Assembly (NCBI RefSeq): GCF_009914755.1
Contig: NC_060934.1
Strand: one strand, 5' to 3'
DNA from: the human T2T-CHM13v2.0 reference genome, Homo sapiens
Length of the DNA: 64,000 nucleotides
The position numbers and the translations under genes are program-made. This document shows positions 18,261 through 31,845 of the stretch, piece by piece. Within the stretch, counting starts at the first letter, position 1; each line of letters opens with the position of its first letter. The notes beneath the pieces are model-generated. The model made no database searches. It was not told the origin of the DNA and saw only the letters and a program-made list of their open reading frames with translations.

Positions 18261-19732
18261 TATTTCATTTCCCTGGAATTATAAATGTGCAAATACACCA
18301 GAAATGTTTAATAACAGTAATGCTTTGTATTTGCTAAGGTGAATGTCTCAGGCAATGAATTCTTTGGGAAATTATATCACAACAGAATTTTCAGAGATGA
18401 AGCTTCCTTAGAGATTATCTAGTGGCTTTTAAACTTCTTAAAGCTCAAAATCCTTCCTTCTAACAAAATTTATAAGAAGCTGTTATGTAAAACAGGTAAA
18501 ACTAGAATTGCTATTTTTCAAAGTTGGTGGGTGGAAAGTGGTGCAGAGAAGAAGGCAATAGTTGGTCAGTTGAGGCACTTCCCAGAATCTCCTAGAAGAG
18601 GTTTCTTCAAAAACGTCTTCAAAGAGCAACGGAGTCCCCTGCCATTAATTAAGTGGCACCCAGTGACTTTTAGGCAGTTTCAGAAGGAAAAAAGAAAAAG
18701 TCTGTGAAACCGTTTGATCATAGATATTTTGCAAATTTAAAGTGCAGGATAAAATTCTTTATGGCTAGCTCAAATCATCTGTTTAAAAATCCTGCCTTTG
18801 CTTTAGGAATTTGGGTCAGTCTACCTTGGCTAACATTCTGGAAACAGGGTGCAGTGTTTTCTCAGCTGAAGTATTTTCACATAATACGTATGTCCCTGCT
18901 TAGGATTGTTACCTTGTTTTTTGCATTAAACTACCAGTTCACAAACATGGATCAGTGACCTAAAAGTGGTTCACCGAAGCATAAAAGGAGTGATGAAAAT
19001 ACTAATGTAAATACTACCATAAAGAACAATCTGTAAATGGAAATAATTAATAAGACTCATGTGCAAATATAGATTATGAATCTAAATGTGCTGGGACAAG
19101 TTAATGTATGAACGACACGCATTCTCACAAGCAGCAGCCCCTGCCATGTATACTCCTCGTAGTTTCCAAATTCACAACATCCTATGACATGGGATAGGTT
19201 TTATTGTGAAAGGTCAAAGCTTCAAGGCCAGGATCAGAAAGAACAAAAAAGGAAGGCACTGTTGTTTCCCAAACACACCCCAGCGTCTATGGAAAGGCTT
19301 GCCAGGGCCCAGGAGCTGTTCTTTTGACTTTTTATAGCACAAATTTTAAATGAGTCTTGTCAACAGGGGGACTATACTACACAGTCTGCTTGACATTGGA
19401 AAGTTAAGATTTGGGGAACCACCAATCTACACAAGTTGTCTGAGACAGCCAGCTGTCTAAGACAGGCATAACACAGGTCCCATGGGTAGTTACAGTCCCC
19501 ACTGTCTGCCATCAGTCCTGAGGGTAATTGGGTGCAGCCCCTCCAGCTGGAGAAAACGGTGGGCTGGGGTGCAGCCCTACCTAGACAATTGTGCAAGAAA
19601 TCCACAATAAATACCCAGGGTCACTTACAGACAATACTGCTCGCTGCACAGCAACTAAGCAGTGGGCAATAACAACGGTGTTGAACAAGCCAGACATCTT
19701 CCTTACTAAATGTTTTGGAGTTAGTTTTTGCT

Positions 19733-20208
19733 AAAATCAGTCAAAGTCCGAGCAGGAAACAGCACAAATATGGTAACTGAGGAGAGCTTGTTAAAGGAAC
19801 TGTTCACAAACAGGTAGGCAGCCATAAGTAAAATCAACAGCAGCAAGAGGAAGCCATTACCACCTCTAGGCCTGAAGAGGCGAGGGGAGGGATGGTTACC
19901 AAAATCCCAAGACGGCTCTAGCTGTGGAAGGGGCTGAAGGACAGAAGGTGGCCTTCAGGGCTTTTGGTGCAGGTATCCAGCTACTTCTAATCTGTAATCC
20001 TGCAGAGAGGGGACTGGGAGAATAAATACCCTGATCTCACTCTTCCACCTTCCAACCCCGTGGTGATGCTCCCATTGGCAAAACCCAACCACAAGTCAGA
20101 GGGCAAGGAATGTGGCAGAATCAGCTGATGGGACCCATAAAGGTTGGCACGAGACCAAGCGGAGACGGGGAGAGAGTGGATATGAGGAGCAAGCGAAAAG
20201 TGTCCACG
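19733..20208. mobile_element. ancient ERVL-MaLR solo LTR (MLT1M/MLT1O-like)
   Basis: ccattaccacctctaggcctgaagaggcgaggggaggga, gaataaataccctgatctcactct and cccattggcaaaacccaacc...cagagggcaagg match recalled old MLT1 consensus blocks. Confidence 0.7.
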
Positions 20209-22744
20209 TACTAAGAAAGACAGGAACCAGTGGCAATTTTGGGGAGGTCGGCTTAGGAGAGCTAAGGAGATGAGAGACTGATTACAGAGCTGGCGTGGGT
20301 AAGGAGAGATGATAAGAGAGGGACTACTTTTTCAATATTTTGATCAGGAAGGAAAGGAAAATGTCACAAAACTATCTTAAAGAGATCTCTGTAGTAGGAA
20401 AAGATAGTATTGTCTGGTTTGGGAAAAGGACTTAAGTTTCATCTGAAGAGCAGAAGGATCCATTTTAAAGGGAGTGACTAGAGAAAGAGGGACAAACATA
20501 TGGACCCAAAATGGGAACGGACGGTTTTGAAGACAAGAATTAGTGTTACATAAATATTCTCAAAATAGTATTATACCAACTGTTTTCTGGAAATCATTAT
20601 CCCACCCCACAATAATTACTCACTCTTAGAATGTAAACTATGGTATGTTTACTATATCATGTCCTAAGTGTGTTTTATGAAGGTAAGACTTCACAATGTT
20701 CTCACATATGACCTGAACAGACTACAGTACTTCGTTGAAATGAGAAGATCAGATTTAAGGATTAGATAAAGGTTAAGAAAACTTTAAATACATTTCAAAA
20801 TTGGTTAACTATTGGAATACTTTCTTTGCTAAAAATAAAATATGTAACTAAAAGTGAATGCAATTACTTACAAATTAAATTGCTTTTAGTCTTTTTTCAT
20901 TCTACATCTATCAAGTTTCATGGATCTCAAGGCAAGAAACAATGTGCTGTCTAAATTCGATCTCTAGAATGATGAGATCTCTCATTACCATTTAGGGGCA
21001 TACTGAATTGTTTCCTGCCTGATCTTCTTAAGATTATCATTATCTATCACTTAATAGATTGAAGACCTCAGGAATCACAGTGTTGGAACTACTAACATGT
21101 CATTAATCTCACTAATGGCATTATTTTGTTTATTGTTGAAGAATCTCATCATATTTAAAATGAGCTAGAGACACAGGAACCATGAAGAATGCAGTAGAAA
21201 TGTTTACCCACCCTAAGAACACAGTTAAAATCTGTCAGTATTCATTGCCAAATATTGCCACACCGGACTGTCAATATCCATTATAAAATTATCTAGGCCC
21301 CTCTTGAGTGTTTTCCTGGCATTTAAAAGTATGCTTTATTTTAAACATTCAATACTTGGTTAAACTGGTAAAATTGTGAAAATGCCCCTCTTCAAGAGAA
21401 CATGATTTTATTTATAAAGTGTTGTGCCACTCACAGGTTTATGGATATGTTGATTGGAAAACTTTCTTTAGAACAGGAACCTGAATTCAATTGATCAAGT
21501 AATATCAAGCTATCCCACATTTCAATGTGATGTGGTAAAAGTCAGTGGTCTTTTAAAAAAATAACTGTAAACTAGACCCATATGCTTCCTCTTCTCTTCC
21601 AGTCCTAAAACAATAGACTAAGATAACAAATGGAATTTTGCAGGCTTTGGTTAGAGGCCTTTATCTTCAAAAGAGACCTAGGAGGGAAGACTTAACTGAC
21701 CTTTCCATGTAAGAAAGTATATCACCTACTGAGATTTGTCTTTCTTGTTGGCACCTACCTACAAAAGAAATGGGAGGCTAAAATCAGCTTCAACTTGTGC
21801 AAATTAAAAGTAACCTTCAGGCTAATGGGTTTTAAACATCACTTCTTACTGAGCAAAACATTTGTGTCCCAAAAAATTAAATTACCCCCTCAAAACTGAC
21901 TTCTCTAACAAATTACAACATTAAATTTTTTAAAGTAAAATTGTAATTCCTACGAAACAATTCCCCTCTCCCTGAGATAACCATCCTATTACTGTTAGAA
22001 TTGATTCCATCTTTAATGGAGTTTTGCATCTAGTTCTGGGGTCCAAAACCAAAAACAGGAGAAGAAAACCTAAAAACTGTCAAAGAAATGGCAGCAAAAT
22101 TAAACGCCTGAAAAGTAAACCAAATCTTTGAGAAAACTGGAACTCCACGTTAGAGAAATAAATGCTTTATCATTTTATCAAACACTAAATTCAAGGAATA
22201 TGGTAGAGTCCTTACCTTGAAGAAGGTGACCAGCTATTTTCAATTTCTTTGGAGTGGCGATCAGAAGGAAGGAATGAAAAAGATTAAGCACTGTAGTGAG
22301 TGGTGGCTTTTGTACTAACTCTAGCAATCACTAAAAAGTGACTATATTTTCACCAATTGAAGAAATTTTAATACGGTCCTATTGAAATGGGGTTGTAATT
22401 CATAAATGTATTGTTGCATGCATTCTTTGTACTGAGAACTAAACTAGCTCCTTCAGAAGTGAAAATAACAAGGGAAACAGTAAAACCCACTTGAAAAGAT
22501 GGGCCATACATTTACAAGACTAGAGACAACTCATAAACACAGGTTGACAGTACAAACTGTATACTTTGAACTATGAGACAATTTGAAGGAAAGGCACAAT
22601 TATCATGAGGTTATATAAAGCTAATGTGTTATATTTGGTCTAAAAGACAATGGGCTAATATAAAGGAGAGGTTCATGATGAAATATTATATTATCCTGGC
22701 AGCTGTCTACAATATGGACTAACATCAGGAGAAGCACAATATTA

Positions 22745-22920
22745 ATACTAACACTAATAATATCAAACACAGACCACTACTAGGTGTCAAGGCTGATATA
22801 AACATTTTCATATATATATTAATCTGTTCAATCTTCACAGTCATGTTTTGAGGCCAATACTGTTATTTCATTTAACAGATGAGGAAACCGAAGCACTTAA
22901 ATGATGTCTGATTTTCACAG
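22745..22920 (-). mobile_element. MIR
   Basis: ttcaatcttcacag...ttatttcatttaacagatgaggaaaccgaagcac (reverse MIR core). Confidence 0.7.
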
Positions 22921-23052
22921 GAAGTGTCCTGCATAGCAACCTACATGCAGGTAAATACAAGCCAAGTACATTTCGTTTTCAAAGGAGGCGTTGATCATCC
23001 AAAGAAGTCAAGAATACTCATGCTGCTATGTGACATTTCTTATTGTTTGTAA

Positions 23053-23400
23053 ATGTTTTTGTTGTGGAACACTTCAAACATATACAAAAGGAGAATAGTA
23101 CACTTTCTTTCTAGTGTACTATTAAGTGCACTATTAAAGATCGAACCCCTTCCATTCACATGCCTAATCTAGATGCATGTGCTATACCACCACTCATTTC
23201 CTGTGCCCCTCCCTCATTATTTTGGAATAAATCACATATTTTATATCATTTCATCATCACTAAATTGTTCGGCATGTATCTCTAAAAGATAAAGACATAT
23301 TTTTCCTTCTAAACATGACCACAATACCATCATGATACTTTAAAATTTACAATGATTGCTTAGTATCAAACATCAATCAGTGGTTGAAGTTCTAATAATA
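23053..23400 (-). mobile_element. L1MC-like 3' end fragment abutting the CpG island
   Basis: ttcaaacatatacaaaag...atcatttcatc...catgtatctctaaaagataaagac...catgaccacaataccatcat, typical of the L1MC4/5 3' UTR. Confidence 0.6.
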
Positions 23401-23699
23401 TATCTTACTTTAATATTTGTTGAAACTTGCAATGTGCTAGCATTAGGTACTTTGACATATTTCATTTAAATTACTACTACTTGAATTGCCTTTTCCCCAC
23501 TTTCACTCCTACTAACAGGAAAGACTCGGTCTCTCCCAGAGGATTCAGGGCCTCCGTAGCGGGCTGCTGTCGGCCTCCCTCCCGGCCTCCTGCTCCTCTG
23601 CGCGGTCCCCAGCCCTCTACCCGGCGGGCAGAGGCTCGGGCCCAGCGCCGCCTTCCGCTGGGATCTGTTCCCAGGCCCAGGGACGCCGGCCCCACCCCA

Positions 23700-23713
23700 G
23701 TTGCCTAGGTGAC
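23700..23713. promoter_or_regulatory. RFX X-box motif GTTGCCTAGGTGAC
   Basis: Close match to the RFX imperfect palindrome GTNRCC-N(0-3)-RGYAAC, 33 nt upstream of the ATG; such sites are typical of ciliary gene promoters. Confidence 0.72.
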
Positions 23714-23746
23714 GAGGGGCCGCTTCTCTCGGCCGAGATTGCGGCG

Positions 23747-23821
23747 ATGTCGCAGGGGACGACTCCCTGGGGGCCGACCCCGGCAGGGCCGACCCCGGCG
23801 GGAACCACGCCCGAATCGGAG
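23747..23821 (+). CDS. CABCOCO1: CABCOCO1 coding exon 1 (MSQGTTPWGPTPAGPTPAGTTPESE)
   Basis: ATG in gcggcgATGt within the CpG island; donor GAG|gtacac (weak); phase 0 matches the exon 2 acceptor at 33433. Confidence 0.78.
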
Positions 23822-26392
23822 GTACACCGCCCCTTTCCCTTCCCGGTACCGGTGCCGGTACCAGAGACCTCCGAGCGCTCATTCCCAGTCCGCGGAGTCT
23901 GCGGCCAAGCCAAATCCGGTCTCCGAAGAGGCGCCGCACGTCTGGCCCCGGCTGGTGAGCGGCCTGGGAGGGCGGCAGGGCTGGGAGCTGCGCTGGGGTC
24001 CCCGACACCCTCTGCAGCCCGGCGCCCCCCAGCCGGCCCCGGCGCGCCGTGCACGGTGCCAGCAGGTCTAAATGTATGAATTCTTCCATTGGACGGCTCC
24101 GTGCCCAAACGCCCTCATAACCACGCGCTTCTACCGCAGGTTTTGTTTTTTGGTTTTTCATGTTTTTTTTTTTTTTAATTCTAGGTAAAATAAGTAATCT
24201 CAGATTTTTAAATGAGCCAGTCTCTTTTTGAAATTGCTACTAATTTTGTAATGATTACAGTGTTGCGATTGCTCAAAAGGTGTCATGAAATAATAACTGT
24301 TTACTGGTGATGGACTGATTAATATTAGAAGATTGGTGTTTCCATTATTTTGCCATTTTCCTAAACAAATAAATACAGGTGAAAGGACACTGGCTGGAAA
24401 ATCTTCTCTGGTTATGGCTTTAGTTGCTCATCAGCTTGACTTTAGGAAAGTTATTTAATCTCCTTGGACACCAGTGGCTTCCTGTGTGACAAAAGGTTGA
24501 TCTTTAGGCCCCTCCCATCACCAGCTCTCCATAATAAATGGGTTTTAAGTAACTTTACTCATAAACTTAATATCCTGAGATTTTAAGAACACATCTGCTG
24601 TGCCAGATATTATAAAAAAAAAGTTTAAATCTTTGCACACGGAGTCTGTTACGATTGTTCCTAGGAAGTTTTTTTTCCTCCGTTTTGTTAAGGCTCTCAA
24701 GGTGAATAATCATGTCTTAATTAACATTGCTTTGCTTGACTTCCTTATTCGTTGGTCTAAACGACATTCTTTGTGCAGAAGATAAGTGTTAGCTGCAATT
24801 TTATAAATGAGGAAACACAAGGAGCCAATAATTCCATGCCTTGCTCAGAGATATATAAGCTGTTCCCAGTCGAGATTCCTACCAATACAAAATGCAGACC
24901 ACTAAGGCATGCGGACTCTCATATGAGCCTTTTGAAATTAGCAGACATTAAAAGTACATTTTAATGTGATAAACTGGTACTAAGCCTATTATTCCCTTGT
25001 GATCTCTAATGTAAGTAATACAATTTCAAAAGTAGCACAGGAAATTTTCCAATTAAATTGTGTTATTTAAATATATACCAAGCTTAAGACTATGCACAAT
25101 TATCAGTGTACACATACATATGCTCACCCACGTAGACCATGTCCTTTCCAAAAAGACTGATCATTTGGGGGTTTTAATGAATCTGGACTTTAAAAAAATA
25201 CAAAATTTTTTAAAAGATGTAAAGAAGTGCTATGCTTCAGGAAAAAAAATCATTTTATAATGGTTGAGTCAGATGAATGAGCTAGTTATAGATCTTAGAT
25301 TATTATCTACCCTCTTAGGATTGTCAGCTTGCACATTTTTCAACTTCTTGGAGGGCCAGGTATTCTCATGACATGCAATTCAGGATGTGCTCAATCACTT
25401 AGTAACAAACAGAAGAAATCAAGTTGTAACAGGGACTTAATTAGCAGTGTTCATTTACTAAGATGACACGCTAATTCGCTGCTTGGTGAAAACTCCATTT
25501 TCCGTTTTAATGAAAGCAGAGTTTCTGTAGTTCATGGGGAATATAGTTGATGCATAGAGCTGTGTCATTCATTAAAACAAGTCCTGCCTGCCACCCATTT
25601 GTGCTGATTGGGGGTGTCGTATGTTAGATAGAAAAATGGCAAGATTCTCTCTTGTGGTCTGTTCCCAAGGCCACCACTTTTTAGGTAAATACTGAAAGGT
25701 TCTTCTCAGATCAAATTCTTTACAATGTTGATCCCCCAACAGCTAATCGCTTATGGTGTCATTTCTAATAAATTCTGTATCCAAAATGACTTAGCCAGTA
25801 GCCCATGTAGTCAACTGAGCCAAGCAGTTCTGAATTATTTCCTTTCTTGCCAAGTCTGTCAGAAATAAATCATAAGCTTTCAGTAGTCTGACGTTTCCCA
25901 TTTGTTGTTTGTGGCCAATACCTAGAATAGAAGTAATTATCCCAATAACATAGTAGGCACTCAATAAATTATGATGACTAATTAAAATCATGGATGGTCT
26001 GAGGCATGCCAGGAAAGGTAGTTATCTACTCTATGAATTACTCTATGAGTTACTGTGAACAAGCAGATATGAGATGCAGATCTAGAGAAATTATTTTTTC
26101 TGTGACATTGAATAAGTCCTGCTTGCCAACCTTCTGAATTCAACATCCCGAGTTCTTTAGTAATATTGGAGGAAATGCCTCCCTTTACATGGTAAAACTA
26201 AACTTTTGGCAGATATCTGTATGAATGCATAACAGAAAAAATGACAAAAATCTGAAAATAAATATTTGTTACTCATAGACCTGTAAGTGAAAGGAGTTTA
26301 TAAATGTGTACTTGGAATTCAGTGATCGATTTTGTATCAATAATTTTTTCATATAGTGACTTTTTTTAATATCTTCAAAAATATCTAGGGAA

Positions 26393-26703
<311 letters not shown>

Positions 26704-27299
26704 TCATAAGTAGTACACTTACAAGGAATATACTTCAAATTACATCAGAGACCTAAAAGAAAACACAAATGATTATTTCCCAATTGCTTCTTCTGAGTAA
26801 TGTCTCTTAAAGTGTTATCACATCACCCAGTAGGTGACAATTACTCAATGCATTCACGGCTTTATCAGGACAGGATGCTTACATAATTTTGAGGGGTAAG
26901 ATGATGTAACCTGTCTAGGAGATCATCAACATATCCTGGAGCAGGCCATAGACAACTCTCTCTACATTGGGTCGTCCCTAAAGCCTTTAGAAAACAGACC
27001 CCACTCCATCGTTACAGAGAAAACTCGGGGCTCAATTGAGCAGCAAAATTGTCAGTTTCCTGCAACATCAGTGTCATTCAAGAAGTATTTCTCGAAATTA
27101 CGAATAATTCAATGTAAGTGAACACATTGTAATCACATAGTACAGATCAACCTATGCAGGCTATGGGGACAATGCCAAAAAAGTCACTTAAAATATTGTT
27201 GAGAAAACAGTACTAATGGACCTCAACATGTGAGTACATGGTAGCTGTATTTATCAGACACTTAAAACTTGTAGCAAATTCTGGCTGTAGCATGGAGAT

Positions 27300-29530
27300 A
27301 TTGACAAACACTTAGGCTTGTCATTCTTACTGTCGGTCTTTGGGTTTACTGTCTTATTTAAGAAGTCCTGCTCCTCCTCTCCCTTCTGTCTTCCTCCCTA
27401 GATGGCACAAATAGTCTTCAAAATTTTTCTAATATTTAAAGTTTTATTTTACTATAGTTTGGTCTTTAGCAAGTCTAGAATTTTTTTATATTTGAAATGA
27501 GGATCTGATTTTATTTCCTTCTAGAAGTGAATTACTGATTATGTCAGCTTCATTTACTAAATAAACTATTTTGTCTCTTCCCATTGAGAACAGACTGACT
27601 GTTGCTATCCCATTATATGTATACATGAATGGACAAAATAGGCAGCAGAAGAGAATAGCAAATCCAAAACTATGTGTGTATATTATATATTATATATAAA
27701 TTTCATATATTATATATAAATATAATTATATATTATGTATAAATATAATTATATATTATATATAAATATAATTATATATTATATATAAATTTCATATAGT
27801 ATATATAAATATAATTATATTATATATAAATTTCATATATTATATATAAATATAAGTATATATTATATATAAATTTCATATAGTATATATAAATATAATT
27901 ATATATTATATATACATTTCATATGTATATATAAATATAATTATATGTTATATAAACATTTTACATATTATATATAAATATAATTATAAATTATATGTTT
28001 ATTATATACATTTTTATTTTAAAAATTTTGTATATGCATACATATACACATATTTATCTCTACAAAATAAGTCTTTGGATTCTTTATGCTTTTCCACGCA
28101 CTAGTTTGTCCATTACTGTGTCAATATCATGTCGTTTTACATTCATCTTTAAAATCTATTTTGGAAAGTTCACTCTATTTTTTTTTCTTGACAAGTATGT
28201 CTTCTTCCATAGGAACTAAAAAGTTATTTTGTAAAGTTCCAGAATCATCTCATTGGGGTTTGAGACTGTCATTACATTACATTTATAATGTAGGAAGGAC
28301 TTAGTTCTTTGAATTTGAAAGTTTTCAATAAATCTCTTTTATCAAGTCTTGTTCTTGAAATTTTTATAGTTTTGTAATTTATATAGATACTATACCTTTC
28401 TCATCATATTTATAACCAAGTATAATTCAATCAAGTTTTTACCTTTCCTGTTTCTAATTAGCTTCTTGTATAGGAAAAAACTGGCTTTTACATATTTATG
28501 TTATATAGAACCATCTTGCCAAATTTTTTATTAGTAATAACTTTTTTGTTAGTACAATGTCCACTTTCTTAGGTATGCAGCCTTGTAATCCTCAAATAAG
28601 AATTTTCAAATTTCCTCATTTCTGCTATTTAAGTTACATATTTAGTTTTCTTATTGTATTAGTTAGAACCTCTATAGTGTGTTGAATTACAATAATGTTG
28701 CCATCCATCACCTTTTTGTAGTTCCTTGTTTTCATAAGAATGACTTAGGATTTCACTATTCCATATGATGCTTGCAATATGATTTTGGCAAATAGTCTTT
28801 TTCGTGTTTAGCATTTTTTTCTTTTCATATTTTACTGGGAGTTTTGCTGCTGAATCTTAGTAAGTGCCTGTTTATTATATATTTAAATAATCATATAATT
28901 TGTACCATTTAATTTGACATAAAAATTATATTAGACCTGCTAATGATGATCCAACCTTGGATCTCTAAAATTAATCTTATTTGGTCATAGGTATAGCTTG
29001 TAATTGTTTTAGTACATTTTAAAATTTAATTTTCTAAGAGGTATTTTAATTATAATTTTTACATCTGCATTGATTTGTGATTTTGGTTTATAATTTCCTT
29101 TTTTGTTAGTTCAGGGTTTTGTGTGTAGACTATGCTGGCCTCTTAAAAATGAACTCTCTATAGTCTGTAAATATTAGACTAACATAGAATTTATTTGTTA
29201 TATGATTAATAAGTAAAACTACAAGTGTAAAACCATCTGGGCATGGTGACTTTTTAGAAAGCAGACTTCCGGTTTAGTTCATCTTTGATCAGATCAATTT
29301 TCTCGTCCAACCGTGATCAATTTTGAGAACTTACATTTTCCCAGGAAATCACCCATTTTCTTAAAATTTTCTAATGTATTGCCCCTGAATGTGACACAAA
29401 TTTGTTTTCTTTATGTTTCAGTCACATTTGCCAAATATTTGACTATTTTATTAACTATTCTAAGGAATTACCTCTTGCTTTTACTTATTTTTCTTTCACT
29501 TTTTTTATTGTTTTTTAAAATACTGGCTTT
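27300..29530 (-). mobile_element. degenerate old L1M ORF2 fragments
   Basis: T-rich reverse L1 ORF2 motifs (gaacctctatagtgtgttgaa, gtgtaaaaccatctgggcatggtg, atttggtcatag). Confidence 0.55.
27679..28010. repeat. AT-rich minisatellite (18-21-nt units, e.g. TATATAAATATAATTATATAT / TATATAAATTTCATATAT)
   Basis: Directly visible; almost entirely A/T. Confidence 0.9.
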
Positions 29531-29537
29531 TTAGCTT

Positions 29538-29768
29538 CATAGCAAGACTATGGTAAGGTGAACGAGGCACTCTCCTTGGGCACAGAATTGAAGGAAGTGC
29601 CAAAAAACTCAGTAATCAAGATAATTTCTATTTTAATGCAATACTTTAAAAAAATCAAACCTAAAGCCCCCAAAAAACCCTGATGGATTAAAATTTTCAG
29701 TAAAGATCAGATCTGTATTACTGTTTTTTCCTTTTGCTTCAGCTCCAATATGGCTTAGCACAGCACTG
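29538..29768. mobile_element. hAT-Tip100 MITE (ORSL-like)
   Basis: gccaaaaaactcagtaatcaagataa...attttaatgcaata...gtattactg...ccttttgcttcagctccaatatggcttagcacagcactg matches the recalled consensus. Confidence 0.7.
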
Positions 29769-29805
29769 CTCCTGCTCCTTGGTTCATTTATTTTAAGGGT
29801 TGGGG

Positions 29806-29834
29806 AAAAAAAAAAAAAAAAAAAAAAAAAAAAA
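29806..29834. repeat. A29 mononucleotide run
   Basis: Directly visible; no Alu body attached. Confidence 0.95.
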
Positions 29835-31845
29835 CACCTTCCAAGTCTAGAATTTGCAGACCAGTCTATGTCCTCTGTGACTAGGAAACTTCTCCTTAGT
29901 AAACTTTGGTGAAATCTGTTATCTTTCTTTTGGTGAATACTTATTAAAAATTTTTTTTATATAAAGCACTACCAGTGATGGATACAAAGATGTCCCTAAA
30001 AGTTTACATTCTAGAAAGAAAAAATATATACAAATGTGAAAAGTTTAGTTGACATTAGAGAGGGAAAAAAATTAGAGAAAAACATTATCTGGCAGATAAT
30101 ATCAGGCTTACAGTTTTATTGCTCTTGGAATAACTCTTAAAATCCACCAGGTGGTGGAGTAAAATGAATTAACAGTGCCATTTAGCTTACATATTTTCCT
30201 AGTTGGAGATGTAATTTTACAGAGAAAGCCACAATTACATATCCACATATTTTAGCTTATTTATGAATTTTCTATTATATCTTTAATTTTTACAAAGCAG
30301 AATGTATGTGTTGAAAGATTAAACATTTTTAGCCATCTGATAGCCTTCTCATGCAAGGCACTGTATAAACAAACAAAAAAAGCAGTCTGGTTTAAAATAG
30401 GTCCAGGAATATAATTTAAAACAGAAGAAAAAATCCAGAGGCAAACTCCCCTAAAAGATGATTATATTAAGCCTGCAAATTTTAGTAAAAGAATGAGGCT
30501 CTAATATTAGGCATCTTAGCTAGAATTAGTACTGTCCAAAAGGTTAAGATTATTGGATTCTCTTTCATATAGTTCTTGTGTGACCTACTTTTCTCCTACC
30601 CAGAGATTTTTCAAATCAGATAAATTGATCTGAATGTCTGTATAATTCACTTTTCATGTATATATTTATTCATTATTAATATGACAGTAATCTTGTGTGT
30701 ATTAAAACACATAAAAATGATATTTAATATGAATTAAAATTTAGGTTCAAATGACTTGCCTTAAGTCATAAAATTAATCAGTAGTCAAACTATCATGAGA
30801 TCTGGAGTTCCTCTAAGTCCTGCTTTTCATCATGCTCCACTATCTAACAATGTCATCAGATGATGAAGATGAATTTAGACAGTCAGTTAGCAACCTATGT
30901 TGACATATCAAGAACTGCAGAATCCTAAAAAGAAATAAAAGATTGAATGACTGTCCCTGAGGAATTTACAATCTAATGGGATTGACCCTATAGGAATAAT
31001 TATACTTTACCACTCATAAAAATATATATAATGAAAATCATTTAAACAAATATATAACCATATATTATAGATCAAAACAGTACCTTAAACAAAAACTGGG
31101 TGCATTTAATTCAATTTGTAAATATCTGAGTACCTACTAGATGCAGCATACTAAAATACTTTTTTCTTAATGAGTTTATAATCTAATTATATGACCTAGT
31201 TTAGATTAATTGGCCCACCGTAGCTTACAAAAAAAGTGGTTAATAATGTAGCATATTTTATTTCTAAATTAGATTTTCAAAGATAAAAATGTAGCACAAT
31301 AACCTAATATTAAATTACAAACATTAAGCCAATTACCATTACCAATAAGTGGTAAGTTTGAGATTTTTCCACTTTTGAAAAAGAAAAAGAATTTGGTATG
31401 TTATCTGGTAAACTACCGCAAGGCAGTTTTTTTGCTGCCCTTATCTTTTGGAACTCAATCGCATGGAAGGCTCAATAACTATTTGTTGCACTGAAAAACA
31501 TTTGCCCTCTTTCCCCACAAAGTCTCATAATTTTTTATTTTTGTGTAGCTGCTGCTGTCTTGCCTCTATTTCCCAGTCTCCTCTTCCATCTCCCCTTCAC
31601 AGCTCTTCTCTTCATGCCCTGGCTTTGAGCAGTCTCACCCATTGTCACAGTTGCAGTTGACTCCTAAACCAACGTCTGTAAACTTGACCTTTGTGACTCC
31701 AGCATTTCTAACTAAACTCTAAACATTTCTTTCTCGCTATTAGTATTCCACCTTAAACTCAGCCACTGAAATCAACTCAACATCTTGCTCTTTAAAAACT
31801 AGCATAGTCTTCCAACACTCTATTTCTATCAGTATAAAAAGGGTT

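Larger units (their letters stand above)
23525..24140. promoter_or_regulatory. CpG island promoter of CABCOCO1
   Basis: Abrupt GC- and CpG-rich block in otherwise AT-rich, CpG-poor DNA; spans the start codon; CACCC box (ggccccacccc) at ~23688-23698. Confidence 0.92.

Noticed and set aside
23466-24161. 231-aa and 163-aa minus-strand ORFs and other overlapping ORFs in the CpG island
   Set aside because: Stop codons are scarce in GC-rich DNA; the products are low-complexity Pro/Arg/Gly/Ala sequence with no recognisable domain.
29806-29834. A29 run as the tail of a processed pseudogene
   Set aside because: No upstream mRNA-like body, polyadenylation signal or TSD; upstream is a hAT MITE.
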